Assembly (NCBI RefSeq): GCF_009914755.1
Contig: NC_060932.1
DNA: 64,000 nucleotides
Direction: 5' to 3' (one strand)
Origin: the human T2T-CHM13v2.0 reference genome, Homo sapiens
Shown here: in pieces, positions 17,495-33,686 of the stretch
Layout of the letters: each line of letters opens with the position of its first letter
How positions within the stretch are numbered: the stretch's first letter is position 1
Position numbers and translations under genes: made by a program
Notes under the pieces: model-generated
What the model was told of the DNA's origin: nothing
Databases searched by the model: none
Seen by the model: the letters and a program-made list of their open reading frames with translations, nothing else

Positions 17495-17839
17495 ATTTAG
17501 ATGAAAAGTCTGATTCCAAGGATTAACATTAATGAAAAGCAAAAAGAACTCTAAAGATCATAATCATGGCCCTCTATTGCACCAGCTGTTATTCAACATG
17601 ACTCTGGAAAGAATCTTATCCTAGAGGCAAAATGTCTGCTGCAGATGTAGACCATTTAACTGTAATCTATTTCAAAGGCTGACACTTTCAAAATGATCTG
17701 ATTAACTGGGATTGTCGGACATAATATAAAATGTATCCAAGAGAGTTACAGCTCTCCTTTATGACTATGCATTCCTAAAGGACAATTATCTTTTCTTTTC
17801 AAGATGTGGATTTCATTTTTTAATTATTCTGACTCTGCT

Positions 17840-18050
17840 TTAAACTTTTATTTTAGGTTCAGGGGCACATGTGCAGGTTTGTTATTTGGGTCAACTTGAA
17901 TCACAGGGGCTTGTTGTACAGAATATTTCATCACCCCGGTACTAAGCCCAGTACCCGATAGTTATTTTTTCTGCTCCTCTCCCTCCTCCCGCCCTCCACC
18001 CTCAGGCAGGCCTCAGTGTCTGCTGTTCCCCTCTTTGTGTCCATATGTGT
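17840..18050 (-). mobile_element. Old L1PA/L1PB 3' end
   Basis: ttttattttaggttcaggggcacatgtgcaggtttgtta...tatttcatcacc. Confidence 0.8.
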
Positions 18051-18638
18051 TTGTCATAGAAATGTTAAACGGTTTATAGAAAAACATTTGTGCATAAAAA
18101 ACACTGAGTATTAGCATATTTTAAGAAGAAAACTACCTTTCCCTAGCTACCACTGTTGGTAATAAAATCATTCACTGATTGAAGTCTAAGCACCTGGTAA
18201 GTGCCAAGCACAAGGTGGGAGAACTACAAAAATTAAGGAGCTATTGGCCTTGCCCTTGAAGAGTTCCTAATTCTAGATGGCAAGAAGAGGTCTATAAACA
18301 AATCACTGTAAGAACAAAATCTTAAATGTGTACAGGGTGCTTTGAAAAGCACACTAGAAGGCACAGTTAACTTACTTGAAAGATTTGGGTGAAATTCAAC
18401 TGAAGATATTTTAGCTAAGACTTAAAAACTGAGTAAAAGAGAAGGAGCATGAGGGGTCCGCGACGGGAGGGGAGTGGAAAGAGGAGAGTGCACTCCAGGC
18501 AGAGAGGATACCGTGCAAAAGATGTGGACAAGAGGTGCAAATGAACCCATGGCCGGGGCCTGGGAGGGGAAAGGAGGTCTGAACAAAGGGGAAAGAGTGC
18601 CTAGACGTGAATTTGGACTGGAAGATTTCAATCAGTCA

Positions 18639-19027
<389 letters not shown>

Positions 19028-19705
19028 AATGTCCAGTAGAGACACATGTCGGCCTGACTCTAAGTACAGATCCTGGCCGCAAGTGGAGTTGGGGGCGCAG
19101 GCCTGGAGGCAAGGTGACCCATTGGGTAGCTGTTGCAGTATCTTCCAGGTGAGAAATTGTGGGACTTAAAACAGCAGCAGCCAGAATGCTGAGCAGGGAT
19201 GGATCCAAGTGGCATTTAGGACACAGACTGACATGCACGTGGAGGATGGGGGAACAGGAGTATGATTTCAGTTGTTAGCTTGGGTGGTAAGTGAATCATA
19301 TCGACCCTGCCAAAGCTGAGGAACAGGGGTGAATGAGGAGACGCTGCATGGCGCTCAGGAAGGAAGGGGCTGGACCATCAGGAAGGTCTGATTATACTGG
19401 ACTGGCTCAGCTGGGGGCAGCCCCTCACTGGGAAGCATCTGCAGCTTGGGAAGGAGAGAACTAGAAAAATAAATCTGTGTCACTGTTGTATAGGTAGTAG
19501 CGGAAACCATGGGAATGGATGAGAAAACAGCTGGCAATGAAACCCTTGCTATATACTATGACACTATTTAAGGGGTAAGTGAACGTATGGGACAGCCACT
19601 TGACAGACTTTCCCCCAGCCCATTAAAGGTGATCATAATGAAGACTATGAGGCAATGTGGAAAAGTGCTTGACCTATCCAGTGAAAAAGATCACAGCAGA
19701 CATCT

Positions 19706-20027
<322 letters not shown>

Positions 20028-21429
20028 TCAAAAGTATTATGAAACAAGCCAGAGACAAAAAACAGCATACTATATCTTTCCATTTAAATGAGAATCTAGT
20101 TCAGACAAAACCTTTGATAATAAAGGTTAAATCAGTGTTTGCTTCTAGGGGGAGGGGTGTTCCACTGTGAAATGGCATGAGGGAATTTACTGGATTGACA
20201 GAAATAGTCTATGCTTGATAAGGATGTAGGTTTTAGGAGTATATGTCTGTCAAACTGATGGAATAATTAGCATTCCGCTGTATGAAAATTACACCTTAAT
20301 TTAAAAAATCGTAGTATGAAGTTGTATATATTCATATAAACTAAGAAAAGGGAATATGCAAATAAAGTTATGTCAGGGCAGTGGAGCTGCCGGCTGTTTT
20401 CTTTTCACTTAAAAATCTTAATTTTCATACACTGTTCTAAAAAAAAAAAAAACTTTAAAACTTAAAATACCCAAAAATATTTATCGAGTACCCAAGAAAA
20501 CAGAAAGCATATTATATTATTTTTCCATAGGAAACAGAAAAGAATCCCTACAATTATGGACTTTATACCTGAAGGTAACAAGAAAACACGAGACAGTAAA
20601 GACATCAACGTAGAGTATCAAAAAATCACTGGACCAAAGGGACACTTTTAAGAGTTTCTGCAGAAGCAAAGAACCAGTGCTTCCATGAAGGGAGTGTGGC
20701 TCAGACAGTGGAAACACACAGGCTGCTTTGGACACTGCCACAGTGAGACTGAGGGAACAACGGGAAAGTCAGTGGATGCTGGGACAGCTGGAGGCTGTTA
20801 GATGCGGAAGGTGGAAAGCACAGACTCTACCTGGGTTTCAGTGCTCCTGAGTTTATGAACTGTCCTTTTTCTTTGCAGTTCTTAGTAGTTTGGGTACCTT
20901 GTCTCAACTTTCATTGAGAAGGTGAAGAAAAATTACCCAATGGGAGAGTGACACCAACTCCCATCGCCCCACCCCCATTATTTTGGAGGGAAGAAGTGGG
21001 TGCTTTGATGACGGCGATAGTGGCAGCTCTCTTTTCTTGAGTTGCTGTGATGGGCCAGGCACTACACCACTGCTTTATATGCATTACTATTTTATTCAAG
21101 CTCCACAATAACGCAGCAAAATACATACTGATTTCATATCACCAGCGAAAAAACCATACTCAAAGAAGTTAGGTAACATCCAACTAGGAGTGGATGGACA
21201 AAAACCTAGGCTTTGACTCCACACACCACACTCTACTGGATCAGGAGAATACTCTGATGAGGTCTCATTTCCACTTGAGTTTGAAGAGCCTGTCGTTTGG
21301 GATTTCTAGGAATATTTAGTCTAATGATTATTCCTTTCTGTAGCATAGATGATGCCCTCACAAAACAGCCAGTGTGGTTAATTACTACACAGCTGTCAAG
21401 CTGCATACATCCTAATACCTATTATTTAA

Positions 21430-21640
21430 TAGCAGTTAACACTTGGTGCTAGATGCTTTACAATGCATTACCTCATGTAATCCTCACACCCACCCTTGGG
21501 GCAGACAATTAGCATCGCCATTTTTACCGAGGATGAAATTGGGACAGAAGAGATACAAAGTGACTTGTCCTAAGTCACTCAGTTACCACAAATGTGGCCC
21601 CGGACAGTGTGACAACATCAGCCTAACCACTTTACTGCCT
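21430..21640 (-). mobile_element. MIR
   Basis: catttttaccgaggatgaaattgggacagaagagatacaaagtgacttgtcctaagtcac. Confidence 0.6.
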
Positions 21641-22555
21641 CAAAATTTAAAACTGGGTTCCCAACTTTGCTATGTCAAAGTCAAAGTTAGTTTCATGCTG
21701 AAACTAACAATCCCACTGGCAGCCTTGAGAGTGTTCTTCCTGGACCGCTTCATCACAAGTGTTTACAGGTTTCGCTTCCCTCCACTTACAGAACCAAAAC
21801 CCTTCTCCAAACGGAGAACGGTTACCATCAGATGTATGCCTGCTGCAACAGCAGCAATGACACATTCCCTAAGAAGCCAGCACTGGGTGACTGAGGATCT
21901 GGATAGGCCACCCACTGTACCAACACTCGGGAGGTAGGAGAAGCAGTGCACCAGGACAGCTTCCTTATCAAGGATAGGAAGGTGACAGTGGGCACAGACT
22001 GTTACAGCTATTTCCTGTCAGGCTACCTGACTCACTGGAGGTGCTGAATCCCTGGGCCCCAACTGCGGTTGCTTAATTGTGCTGTCCACTAAAATGTAAA
22101 AAGAGCATCCTTCATTGAAGCAGAGCGAATGGGCACAGTGTTCCATTCTCATTGCTGCCTTGTCTTCGGAGAGAGGCTGAAATGTGAACCTCTAGGTAGG
22201 CTCACCTCCACTTCCACTGGGTTATAATGAACTCTGAAACACACACAAAAAGGCCTCTTTCCTGATCTTCTAACTCTGTTAATTATGTTATTTAAGGCAT
22301 GGACAAAAGCAAGTTGGGTTGGTCATTTAGGTAATCATAAGGGCTGCTGTCAAGTTAAGTAACATGGCAGAAAGCCTGCAAAGTCTGAGAGCTGGGCTGT
22401 CTCTCAGCTGGGATTTCCTTGAACTGTTTCACCAGAACTCTCAAGTCTTTGGGATTCTGAAGTTTCCATCTGTCTTAAAATTACTTTTCCATAAAGAGGC
22501 CTTCATTTCCACAGCCTAAAATAAAGTGAGGACTGATGTCTTGGCTAGGTATTAA

Positions 22556-22918
<363 letters not shown>

Positions 22919-23192
22919 CAGACAAAGTCTTGACCCCACATTCACTGCCCTTTGATTTCTGCTGTGGTGAAGGTGGGAGAATTAAGAGTGTTCAAATCCA
23001 GCAAATCAGGTTGGCAGTGTGGTCTTGTCCAAAAGAAAAAAGGGCAGTTTCTCCTAGAGTTGGGTGAACACAATTTGCTTCTCTGGATGTTACCTTGCAT
23101 TATTCATACAACATACCTGGGCATATTTTGGTGGAGACTGTAACACACACAGAAAACTGCAAAGGGCAAGGAAATAAGCCCTAGAATGGTCA

Positions 23193-23684
<492 letters not shown>

Positions 23685-23701
23685 CTAAAATAACAGCGTA
23701 G

Positions 23702-23809
23702 CCTGGAAACTGGAGGGCTGGGTGGTGGGTGTTGAGACCTGGAAACTGCAGGGCTGGGTGGTGGGTGTTGAGACATGTAAACTGCAGGGCTGGGTGGTAG
23801 GTGTTGAGA
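23702..23809. repeat. 36-bp G-rich minisatellite x3 (CCTGGAAACTGSAGGGCTGGGTGGTGGGTGTTGAGA)
   Basis: Units start at 23702, 23738 and 23774. Confidence 0.92.
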
Positions 23810-24349
23810 CGTGGGGCTCCCTGTGGAGCGGGGAGGTGGTGAACCATCAGCCCCCCTCCAAATAGTAAGATTAGCATAGAACGTGCCTTTTTCAGCCAGG
23901 TTGCCTTCATGGACAGCATCCTTTCAACTTCATACTCACTACTCACAAACCAACCCTTGGAAGTACAATGGATTTACTGTTTATCAAGAGGGGAAACTTT
24001 CACTATTCTCATATGAAAAGTGCTTCAGAAAAAAAAATGACAACATTATTTAACAGGAATTCACACAATTACAAAAATAACTCTGTCCCTCTCTTCAGCA
24101 AGAGAAATGTTTTGCTCATCAGAAGTTCTGCTAGGCTTAGTCAGATCAGTGCCAGGAATTCTGTGAACTGAAGGTCAAGCTGCCAAGATTCAAAAGAAAT
24201 GTCGATAGTAAGTGTTTGCCCAGATACCAGACAGGGAGTGCCAACAGCTCCCAGCATGCAACTCCAGCCACAATGCAGACAGGACAACCACATTTTCCAG
24301 TGTTCCCCTTGTCCCATAAAATTTAACAACAACAACAAAAAGCTCTTAC

Positions 24350-24416
24350 CTAGCTCTCCCCGGAGGTTAACAAGTTCTTGAGATAGGGTTTTGTGTTGTT
24401 TCAGTGCTTCCTCCCG
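24350..24416 (-). CDS. MTUS1: MTUS1 coding exon (67 nt, phase 0-1): REEALKQHKTLSQELVNLRGEL
   Basis: ttttccgcag|CGGGAG...GAGCTAG|gtaaga; overlaps ORF 24141..24431; phases fit. Confidence 0.95.
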
Positions 24417-25439
24417 CTGCGGAAAACACACATCAAGTTACTCATGCTTTCAAGAGGGTCCCTTTCAGTAAGGTACACATTTGTTATCACTAGGAAAATG
24501 AGACCCAGTATTGGGAAGCCAAGATATGAATCATTTAGGCTAACAATTTGTGTTGTTAAAAGAAACACAGTTGTCCCTTAGCTGTTAAGGAAATTCGTAA
24601 TTCAAAAATCTGTATTTTTGCAGGTCCCAGTGAAACTTTGGTTTGACGCAGTGAATGGCCCATTTAGAAATATTTACTTTGAGCCAGTGCTTCACTGCTG
24701 ATCCATAGAACCTTTCGGCTAATGCATACTGTACTTAAGATGTAATGCGTTCTCCTCCTCCAAGGGCAATAAACATCTAATCAGTTTAAGATAAATATTT
24801 AATGTTCTAAACATAAGCACATATATGCACTTTGTCCTATATTTGCACATAAAAAAGTTTCGTTACAATGCCAATCCTTCTAAAAGAAAGACAAAAAGTT
24901 TGTTAGAAAGCTATAGCAGAAAGATAATCCTTTAAAGACAAAATTAAATTAATTTTTTTCAGCTACATACCATTTTCTAAGGATTATGATATTTTGGATC
25001 AGTGATAATTCTAAATCGACGTTAGAGAAACAAACCAAAGAAAACCGGATGGCTGTTTTTAGTATCAGAGAATCAAGTATCAACCTTGAGCTGAAGAATA
25101 ATGTTCAAGTTACCAGCAACTCACGGCAATCACACATACACACATACTTACACAAATACAGTAATTACATACAGTTCCTTAAAAGGTAGATTCCCTAGCA
25201 CCAGGGAGTAACTAAAAAAAAATTGAAGAATTTCAAAGCTCGCTGAAAAATGCCCTCACGAGGATCACCCAAGACGGAGCTCCCACCGCATCCTGATCAC
25301 AGCGTTGCAGAGATCATGAGACCCGGCCTTTGCAGGCAAGAGTTGCTTGTCATTCAAAGCATTTTCCCTGAATTCCAGACAGCCTCTGCAGTAGTCCTGA
25401 CATTCTTCCAGAAAAGCACTATAAACAAATACTAATTAC

Positions 25440-25493
25440 CCTTGTTGCTGCACATGGAGAATAGAGGCACAGTTTGCTGCTGGGGCAGCCCAT
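25440..25493 (-). CDS. MTUS1: Alternative first coding exon of a short MTUS1 isoform: MGCPSSKLCLYSPCAATR (18 aa, phase 0), splicing to the 24416 acceptor
   Basis: ggaaaATGG (strong Kozak, A-3/G+4), 18 sense codons, then AGG|gtaatt donor; phase 0 matches the phase-0 acceptor across a 1023-nt intron; sits in a locally CpG-richer, non-repeat segment. Confidence 0.8.
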
Positions 25494-25800
25494 TTTCCAG
25501 CTTCTGTCTCCAAGTCCCCCCACCCCTCGCACTGTGCAAGAAGCATACAGGTGGCCGCGCCACCCACCAGTCGGGTCTGTCTACATTCAAAGCTCTAGCA
25601 GGAGGCGCGCCATTGGCCCTCGGGCGTCTTACTTCATGTCCTGCAGGTTACCGTGTGCCTCGGATTCCTCACTCACAGAAGCTGATACTGCAGCTTCTGC
25701 CTTTGGCACAGGCAGCCTGTGATTACTTAAAGCCACAGCCTTTCATTTATGAAAAACGAGAGGCAGGCATTAGACTGATCGATTGCCATTTAGTTAAATA
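25494..25800 (-). promoter_or_regulatory. Putative 5'UTR/internal promoter of the MGC-isoform exon
   Basis: Repeat-free, GC/CpG-enriched (GGCCGCGC, GGCGCGCC, CGGGCG) relative to AT-rich flanks, directly upstream of the ATG; TSS not determinable. Confidence 0.5.
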
Positions 25801-28359
25801 TCAGCTGCAACGGAGGAAAGAAAAAACTGACCCCCTCTGCATGGATAATGGAGTTATTTTTAGACTTGTGAGCCTTTTTCCTCCCCTCTCTAATTGTGGT
25901 CATTATTTGATCACACTTACTAATAGAAAAGGGAAACTTGTTCTTCAAAACCCATATACTAAATGAGGTTATGAACTAGGTGAAGAGCAAGGAAAGGGGC
26001 ATGCTGTCGTTTACAATTTTAAATGACATTATGAAATGAGAGGTGTTTCAAAATAAGTCTGAAGTGCTGATCTGAGAGTTGGAGATCCCATATATTTTTA
26101 ACTTTTACTTTGTTCTCACCTCTCAGTAAGAGCTACAGAAGTCAAGTCTAAACGCCAGCACTGAAACGTGGTCAGCAGGGACTGGGATTTAAGACCCACT
26201 TTTCACTGAGTACCTTTCTGGCTTCAATGGTATTCTAAATGCTTGGTTTTTAAAAATATGGCATTAAGTTGTTCTGAAATCACCAGTGAGTCAGAGTTTC
26301 TTAAAATAATAAGTAATTGGTTTTCTAATGTAGAAATTAAAGCCTGAGGAAAATCAGCCCGCATAATAATGGAAGAAAAACATAAAAATATGTATCATAA
26401 ATACTTCTCGTAATATCAAATTTAAGCCTGAATTTTGTTTAGTAATCTACTTCAAGTAAACACCAGGAAGCTTTACCACTCAAGTAACAGGAAAAACAAG
26501 ACAGCTTTACTAAATGCCCACAAACAATCCTGAAACTCATTTGGTGAATTTGCTTAAAATTCACTTTTCAGTAGTAACCAACTTACTAACAGAAGGAAGA
26601 GATGGCAAGAAAATTCAATCATTTTTCAAATTTATGGAAACTAATGGGAGGATGAAAAAAATTAAAAATTACAGTTAGTATAACTGCAAAGAATAATTGT
26701 GTGAAATCATTACGTTCTACTGCAAAAATACACCAGGTGATATTTTTGCTTATTAAGGGAGGTTTTGGGAAAGGGAGTTTCACCAAGCATGTCGACATTT
26801 CCCCAAACTTCAACTCCACTGCACTCCACGTTCCTGTCCTTAATGCCTCAGAAACTACTGACATCTTCCAACCTCTGTCAGGCACAGTAACAGTAACAGG
26901 AAAACCTTGAGTTCATCTTTCACTCTTTGTCTAAATGGGTTGTGCAAAAGTCAGTTGGTTCTTCCCTTGTAATGTGACACCATTCCCCTCCTCCAAATGC
27001 ATAGACCATTTACCCTTCTAAATTGGTTGGTAACTTATTACTTCAAACTAATTAACTAAGCATTTTTCATAGCAGATGCTGTGAAAATATAAAAGAAATT
27101 TAAGACATGGTCCCTGTCTTCAAGAAGCATGGGGCCTACCTAGAACTAGAACATCCAGGCTCAATTCTTTTGGTCATCTATCAAGGCAGATGACCTCATC
27201 GGATGGGAAGCAGTAATGAAAAAAACCAAGGGCTTTAAATACCATCCACAGATGAAATGCTGACCCCAGTGCCCATACTGTAAAAGACACATACTAAGGG
27301 TTAGTTTCTGCCTGACTCTCCCTGGTAGCTTGGCCTTTACATGTACTTACCCTTTACTTGTAGATGATAAAATGCATTATGTCCTTTAGATACTGATTTA
27401 CTGTTTCTTTTTACTCAGCTGCTCCTAGATCAGTGTTTCTCTCTTAGATGATAAACTCTTAACCGTCTAGATAACAGGTTGATTCAATTCTCTTTGTATT
27501 GTAACATGCAGAATTACACACAATGTGAAAAAAGAGAAGGTGGAAATCTGGATATAAAGATGCCTTTATGCTCATGCATTAAATATATGAAATGCTCCAA
27601 GAAAAAAAAAATGGATTCACCATAATTGAATTAGGAGTCCCTGGGACACAGGCACTTAGTCTCTGGCTGTGGTCCCATCGGTGTGCCTGCATTTTTGCTA
27701 GCCACTGAGTAGCATCAACAGCATAGAGCATCTTGCAGAGAACAGCCACATCAGATGGCTCAGACGTGTGCTGCATCTGACCTCCTCCCCATCACCCACA
27801 CAGTGAATTTGCTCAATGCATCTATGTTTTTTTGTTCCAAGTCAACTTTACTGCTAGTGCCATTCAAAATTCACCTTTGTTCAGGTGCTACTTTAGGTTA
27901 AATTCCACTTGCAAAAAAAAAAAAAAAAAAGATGTGGAGGCATTTTGAAGAATTAGAGGTTTGGGGAGGGTGACCTCAGCCCTGTTCAAGTTTACCTAGA
28001 AAGTCACCCAATAGACCCTTTTAGGAAGAAGCTTAATTACTACCATCAATACTGTTGTTCACTTTGGCTGTCTGTGCAGAATACCGTCTAACTAAGCAAG
28101 GATAAACCAAGAATTAGAAAAAAACTAAAATAACTTTAGTGTGTCTTCTGCGAAACAGAGTGTGACATTAGTTCTCAGATTCATGAGACATCAGAATGTC
28201 TGATGTGTAATGAAATATGTCTGCCACTACAGTGGGAAACTTATAGTTACTAAGTAGACTTGCAACAAAAGCATGGTAGTTGCAAGATTCTCTTAACCAT
28301 TGTCACCCCATAATCGAAGGCTCTAAAGCCATTTAGAAAAGGTTAGCAATAACAAAAAA

Positions 28360-28954
<595 letters not shown>

Positions 28955-29231
28955 CTCCAACTGTTTTATAATAGTACTCAGTATACATTACACAATCAGT
29001 AAATATTTGCTGATTATAAAATAAAGAGAGCAAAGAACATTTACATAAGACTTTATGCTCATCCTACATCTGGAATTCCATCCTCTCCGTTCATATGTTC
29101 ACTCACATATATACTGTGTTGACTATTAAAGCTGCTGGGGTGGTTTCATAAGAAAGAACTAGATGCAGATCCTGCCTTCAGTAAATTTCCTGTCTTAAAA
29201 AGCAAAAACAAGCATTAAACCGGTATCTCTA

Positions 29232-29640
<409 letters not shown>

Positions 29641-30077
29641 GCGGGTTCTGGAGCTGTATTCAGTGCAGTCACAATTCCTTGGCTGTCAGGACCTAAATTT
29701 AAGTATAAGGTGAAATTCACACACAGTACAATTGTCTGGGAAATTCACTAGGAGCTTGCCATGTTTGTGGACAATGCATCTCTCTGTAGATCCAACCCAG
29801 TGAATTTTTTTCCTCTAGCGTTGGATCAACTCTCTCTATAACTGAGCACCTGATAAAGGCCTCGGCTTGTGTTTAGAGGCCAGGTTGTATGAGGGAAAAC
29901 TATCTTTAAACACTAAGATAGCAGAGAGTATAGAATGCTCACGCCACAAGAGGTGTTCGGGGACTGAGCAGACACGTGAAGGAAGGGTGGACTCCTGACC
30001 TTCATCTCAAATTGACTCCCGGGCCTTCGTTCACTGGAGGGAATACAAGGTGGACCTGTGTTCTTCATTTAATTTGC

Positions 30078-30378
30078 TTTTTTTCTTTTTTTTTTAAGTT
30101 GGAATCTCGCTCTGTTGCCCAGGATGGAGTGTAGTGGTGCGATCTTGGCTCACTGCCACCTCCACCTCTCAAAGTAAAGTGATTCTTCTACCTTAGCCTC
30201 CCGAGTAGCTGGGACTACAGGCACATGCCACCACACATGGCTAATTTTTGTAGTTTTAGTGGAGATGGGGTTTTACCATATTGGTCAGGCTGGTCTCGAA
30301 CTTCTGACCTCAGGTGATCCACCTGCCTTGGCCTCCCCAAGTGCTGGGATTACAGGTGTGAGCCACAGCGCCCGGCCT
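30078..30378 (-). mobile_element. AluSx-like
   Basis: Reverse dimer. Confidence 0.88.
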
Positions 30379-30721
30379 GCATTTTTCTTCCTTCAGTTGT
30401 TTGTGTACTGAATCTATGTAAATTAAATGCAAGTGGTGATGTGATGCTGCTGTAAAACCGACCTGAACATGTAGGTATTGTGGGCAAGGACAGCAACCCA
30501 GTAATGATACGTGAACAATGGATGACGTACAGGAAGTTTACAGGACATTTTTAGTTGATAGCTTCCTAGACCTAGGTTTACGTCCTGGTTCTCCTCTTGC
30601 TAGCTGTCTGATAGCAGGCAAATTACCTAACTCTATGCCTCAATTTTCATATTTGTAAATTCCAACTCGTGTCTTTGGTGAGGATTTAAATAAGGTAAGT
30701 AAGAATATCTGGCACTTAGTA

Positions 30722-30801
30722 AATATTAGGCTGGTGCAAAAGTAACTGTAGCTTTTGGCATGATGGCAAAACCGCAATTACTTTTGCTCAAACCTAGTAT
30801 T
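30722..30801 (-). ncRNA. MIR548V: MADE1 (Hsmar1-derived MITE) hairpin = pre-miR-548v; mature about 30732-30753 (AGCUACAGUUACUUUUGCACCA)
   Basis: 80-bp imperfect palindrome TATTAGGCTGGTGCAAAAGTAA...TTACTTTTGCTCAAACCTAGTA, typical of MADE1/miR-548; matches my recall of hsa-mir-548v inside MTUS1. Confidence 0.85.
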
Positions 30802-30926
30802 CAATAAATCCCTCTTGCTTCTCCTCCATCTCTTTATGTACGGCTACAGCATCTGGGCATGATAATAACATTAAAAGGGGCAGTTGTTGCCAAATGATAA
30901 AGAGCCTTATAGTACCAGTTGAAAAC

Positions 30927-31235
30927 CAGACTCCCCAAAACAAAATAACATGAGTTACGTAATTATAAATTTCCTAGTAGCCACGCTGAGAAAAGTTGAA
31001 AAAGATGAAGCTAATTTTAATAACGTATTTTATTTAACCCAAATATATATATAAAATAATATTTCAATATATTCAATATAAAAGTTGTTAATGAGATATT
31101 TTACATCCTTTGTTTTCATTCTAAGTTTTTGGAATCCAAGTGTATTGTACACTTACCACACATCTCAATTCAACGGATTTACATTTCGAATGCTCAGTCT
31201 CATATGGCTAGTGGCTACCACACTGGACACATCAG
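30927..31235. mobile_element. MER33 (hAT-Charlie)
   Basis: tttcctagtagccac...ttttatttaaccca...cacatctcaattc...atatggctagtggctacc. Confidence 0.75.
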
Positions 31236-31377
31236 CTGTAGATAAGGGAGAACCACTGGAAGATTTAATCAGCAGCGTGGGATGCTTTGGTAAGAGGACG
31301 CTGTCAGCAGTGCTTGGGATGGATTATAGGGGAAAAACAGTACAAGCCTAATCATTGGTTAAAAAGGTGCTATCACA

Positions 31378-31687
<310 letters not shown>

Positions 31688-32134
31688 CTATCATGATCTA
31701 GTGGAAGCTATCCAGGGTCTGAGCAAGGATGGCATGAATGGGGACAGCAAAGACATAGGAAGGGGAAAAGCACTGTGAAATGAGAGTTCACAGGACTTGA
31801 CTGACGTCATGAGGAGGATGAAAGGAGAGAAAACAGTTGAGGATGGGGGCTATTAGGCTAGATATAATAAAATAAAATAATTGGTTTATTTCTAAACATA
31901 AAAACTAATTGTTCCCCACATTTGATAGTATACAGTTTCTAGTTAGCTTACTTGGTTATATAAACACACTCTTGATTCCTTTCTTACAAATGAAAGAGAA
32001 ACAAAAATACCATATACTATTACCGTTACTAAAACCCTAAGTAGTCTCCAACTTCCCCTCAAAAAAAACAAAAACAAAAACAAAAACAAAAAAATCTGGA
32101 GAAAGCTGTAAAATACTCATCAAGAAATCATTAA

Positions 32135-32615
<481 letters not shown>

Positions 32616-32619
32616 TTAA

Positions 32620-32736
32620 TTTTTATTTTTTCCCTATGTTGCTCAGGCTGGTCTTGAACTCCTGACCACAAGCGATCCTCCCTCCTCGTCTTCCCAAAAT
32701 GCTGGGATTCCAGGCATGAGCCACAGTACTGAGCCA
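32620..32736 (-). mobile_element. Alu monomer (FLAM-like)
   Basis: Reverse left arm. Confidence 0.75.
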
Positions 32737-33471
32737 GTCTTTTTTTTTCCCCTTTGCATTATCATGTATAGCCATCTTTAAAACTGTGATTAAAAAAATG
32801 TCTGAAGAGCTCAAGTTGTATTCTTATCAGTTGCCCCCTGAGATAATTACAGCTTTTATTGCTATGTCAGTAACATGTTGATATAAACTTGGTTTTCTCA
32901 ATGAATTTTAGCCAGTTCCTGAAATAACATCCCTGAAGAATATTAGGGAAAAGTAACAACACGGCAAATCTGCTTTGCTTTTGTTGCACCACAGAGATTG
33001 TTTTAGGAATAAACAGAACTTTCAGAAAGAATCCCCAGATATGATTCAGGGAGTTAACTCAAAAGTGCTCTTTAATCCATAAATATAACTAACGTCATTT
33101 TTCAAAGCATTAAACTAAGTGTGATATGAAAAGCTACACACAGACAAACACACAAATTAAGTGAAAAAAATGCTAATGCTAGTTTAGGTCTAGAGGCATA
33201 CACCGGCGTAAGAGGCAATTATGTTTTTTGCTGTTGCCATTCTAACCAACAGACTCTAGGGGAAAAAAAGGAAGTGAGAAAATGTTTCCATCCCAAATTG
33301 CTAGAGACCGACTCAAGTATCTGGTGAAGTGACAAAAATGTAATGGGATGAATGACACCTGATCTTTCCCATCATTTACCTAGATATTCCCAAGGCCAGC
33401 GTGTGAGCAAGTCCTCCCCGTGCTCCCCCGACCTCAAGTAGAAAGGCTCTTTCTAGGATGCACCTCCTTAC

Positions 33472-33686
33472 CTCAGACAGCAGGTGCTGAATCACAACTG
33501 TCAATGCCTCAAACTTGGTATTACCACAGGCAAGAAGCTGCTTGAGCTGCAGGATAAATCCACTTTGGTTTTCACATTTTGTTTTATATTGCGTCAATTC
33601 AAGTGTTTTCTCAGGGGGCAGCGCATCGGGAGCCGTCTGTGGCTGGATACATAAGCTTCGAGGATTCTTTTGCCTGCTCTTTTCAA
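33472..33686 (-). CDS. MTUS1: MTUS1 coding exon (215 nt, phase 1-0): (V)[71 protein letters not shown]
   Basis: ttttgcag|TTGAAAAG...TCTGAG|gtaagg; ORF 33376..33705; can accept either the 46401 or the 62367 donor (both phase 1). Confidence 0.97.

Noticed and set aside
21443-21937. 164-aa + strand ORF
   Set aside because: Non-ATG start, N-terminal half is MIR-derived, no homology recognised
23702-23809. 36-bp repeats of CRISPR-like length
   Set aside because: Head-to-tail with no spacers, eukaryotic context: a minisatellite
25100-25180. Donor-like CTG|gtaact near 25113 as end of the short-isoform exon
   Set aside because: No phase-compatible ATG-initiated frame found; the 25440 donor explains the exon better
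25442-25966. 174-aa + strand ORF antisense to the MGC exon
   Set aside because: Non-ATG start, no recognisable domain; explained by the local rise in GC content
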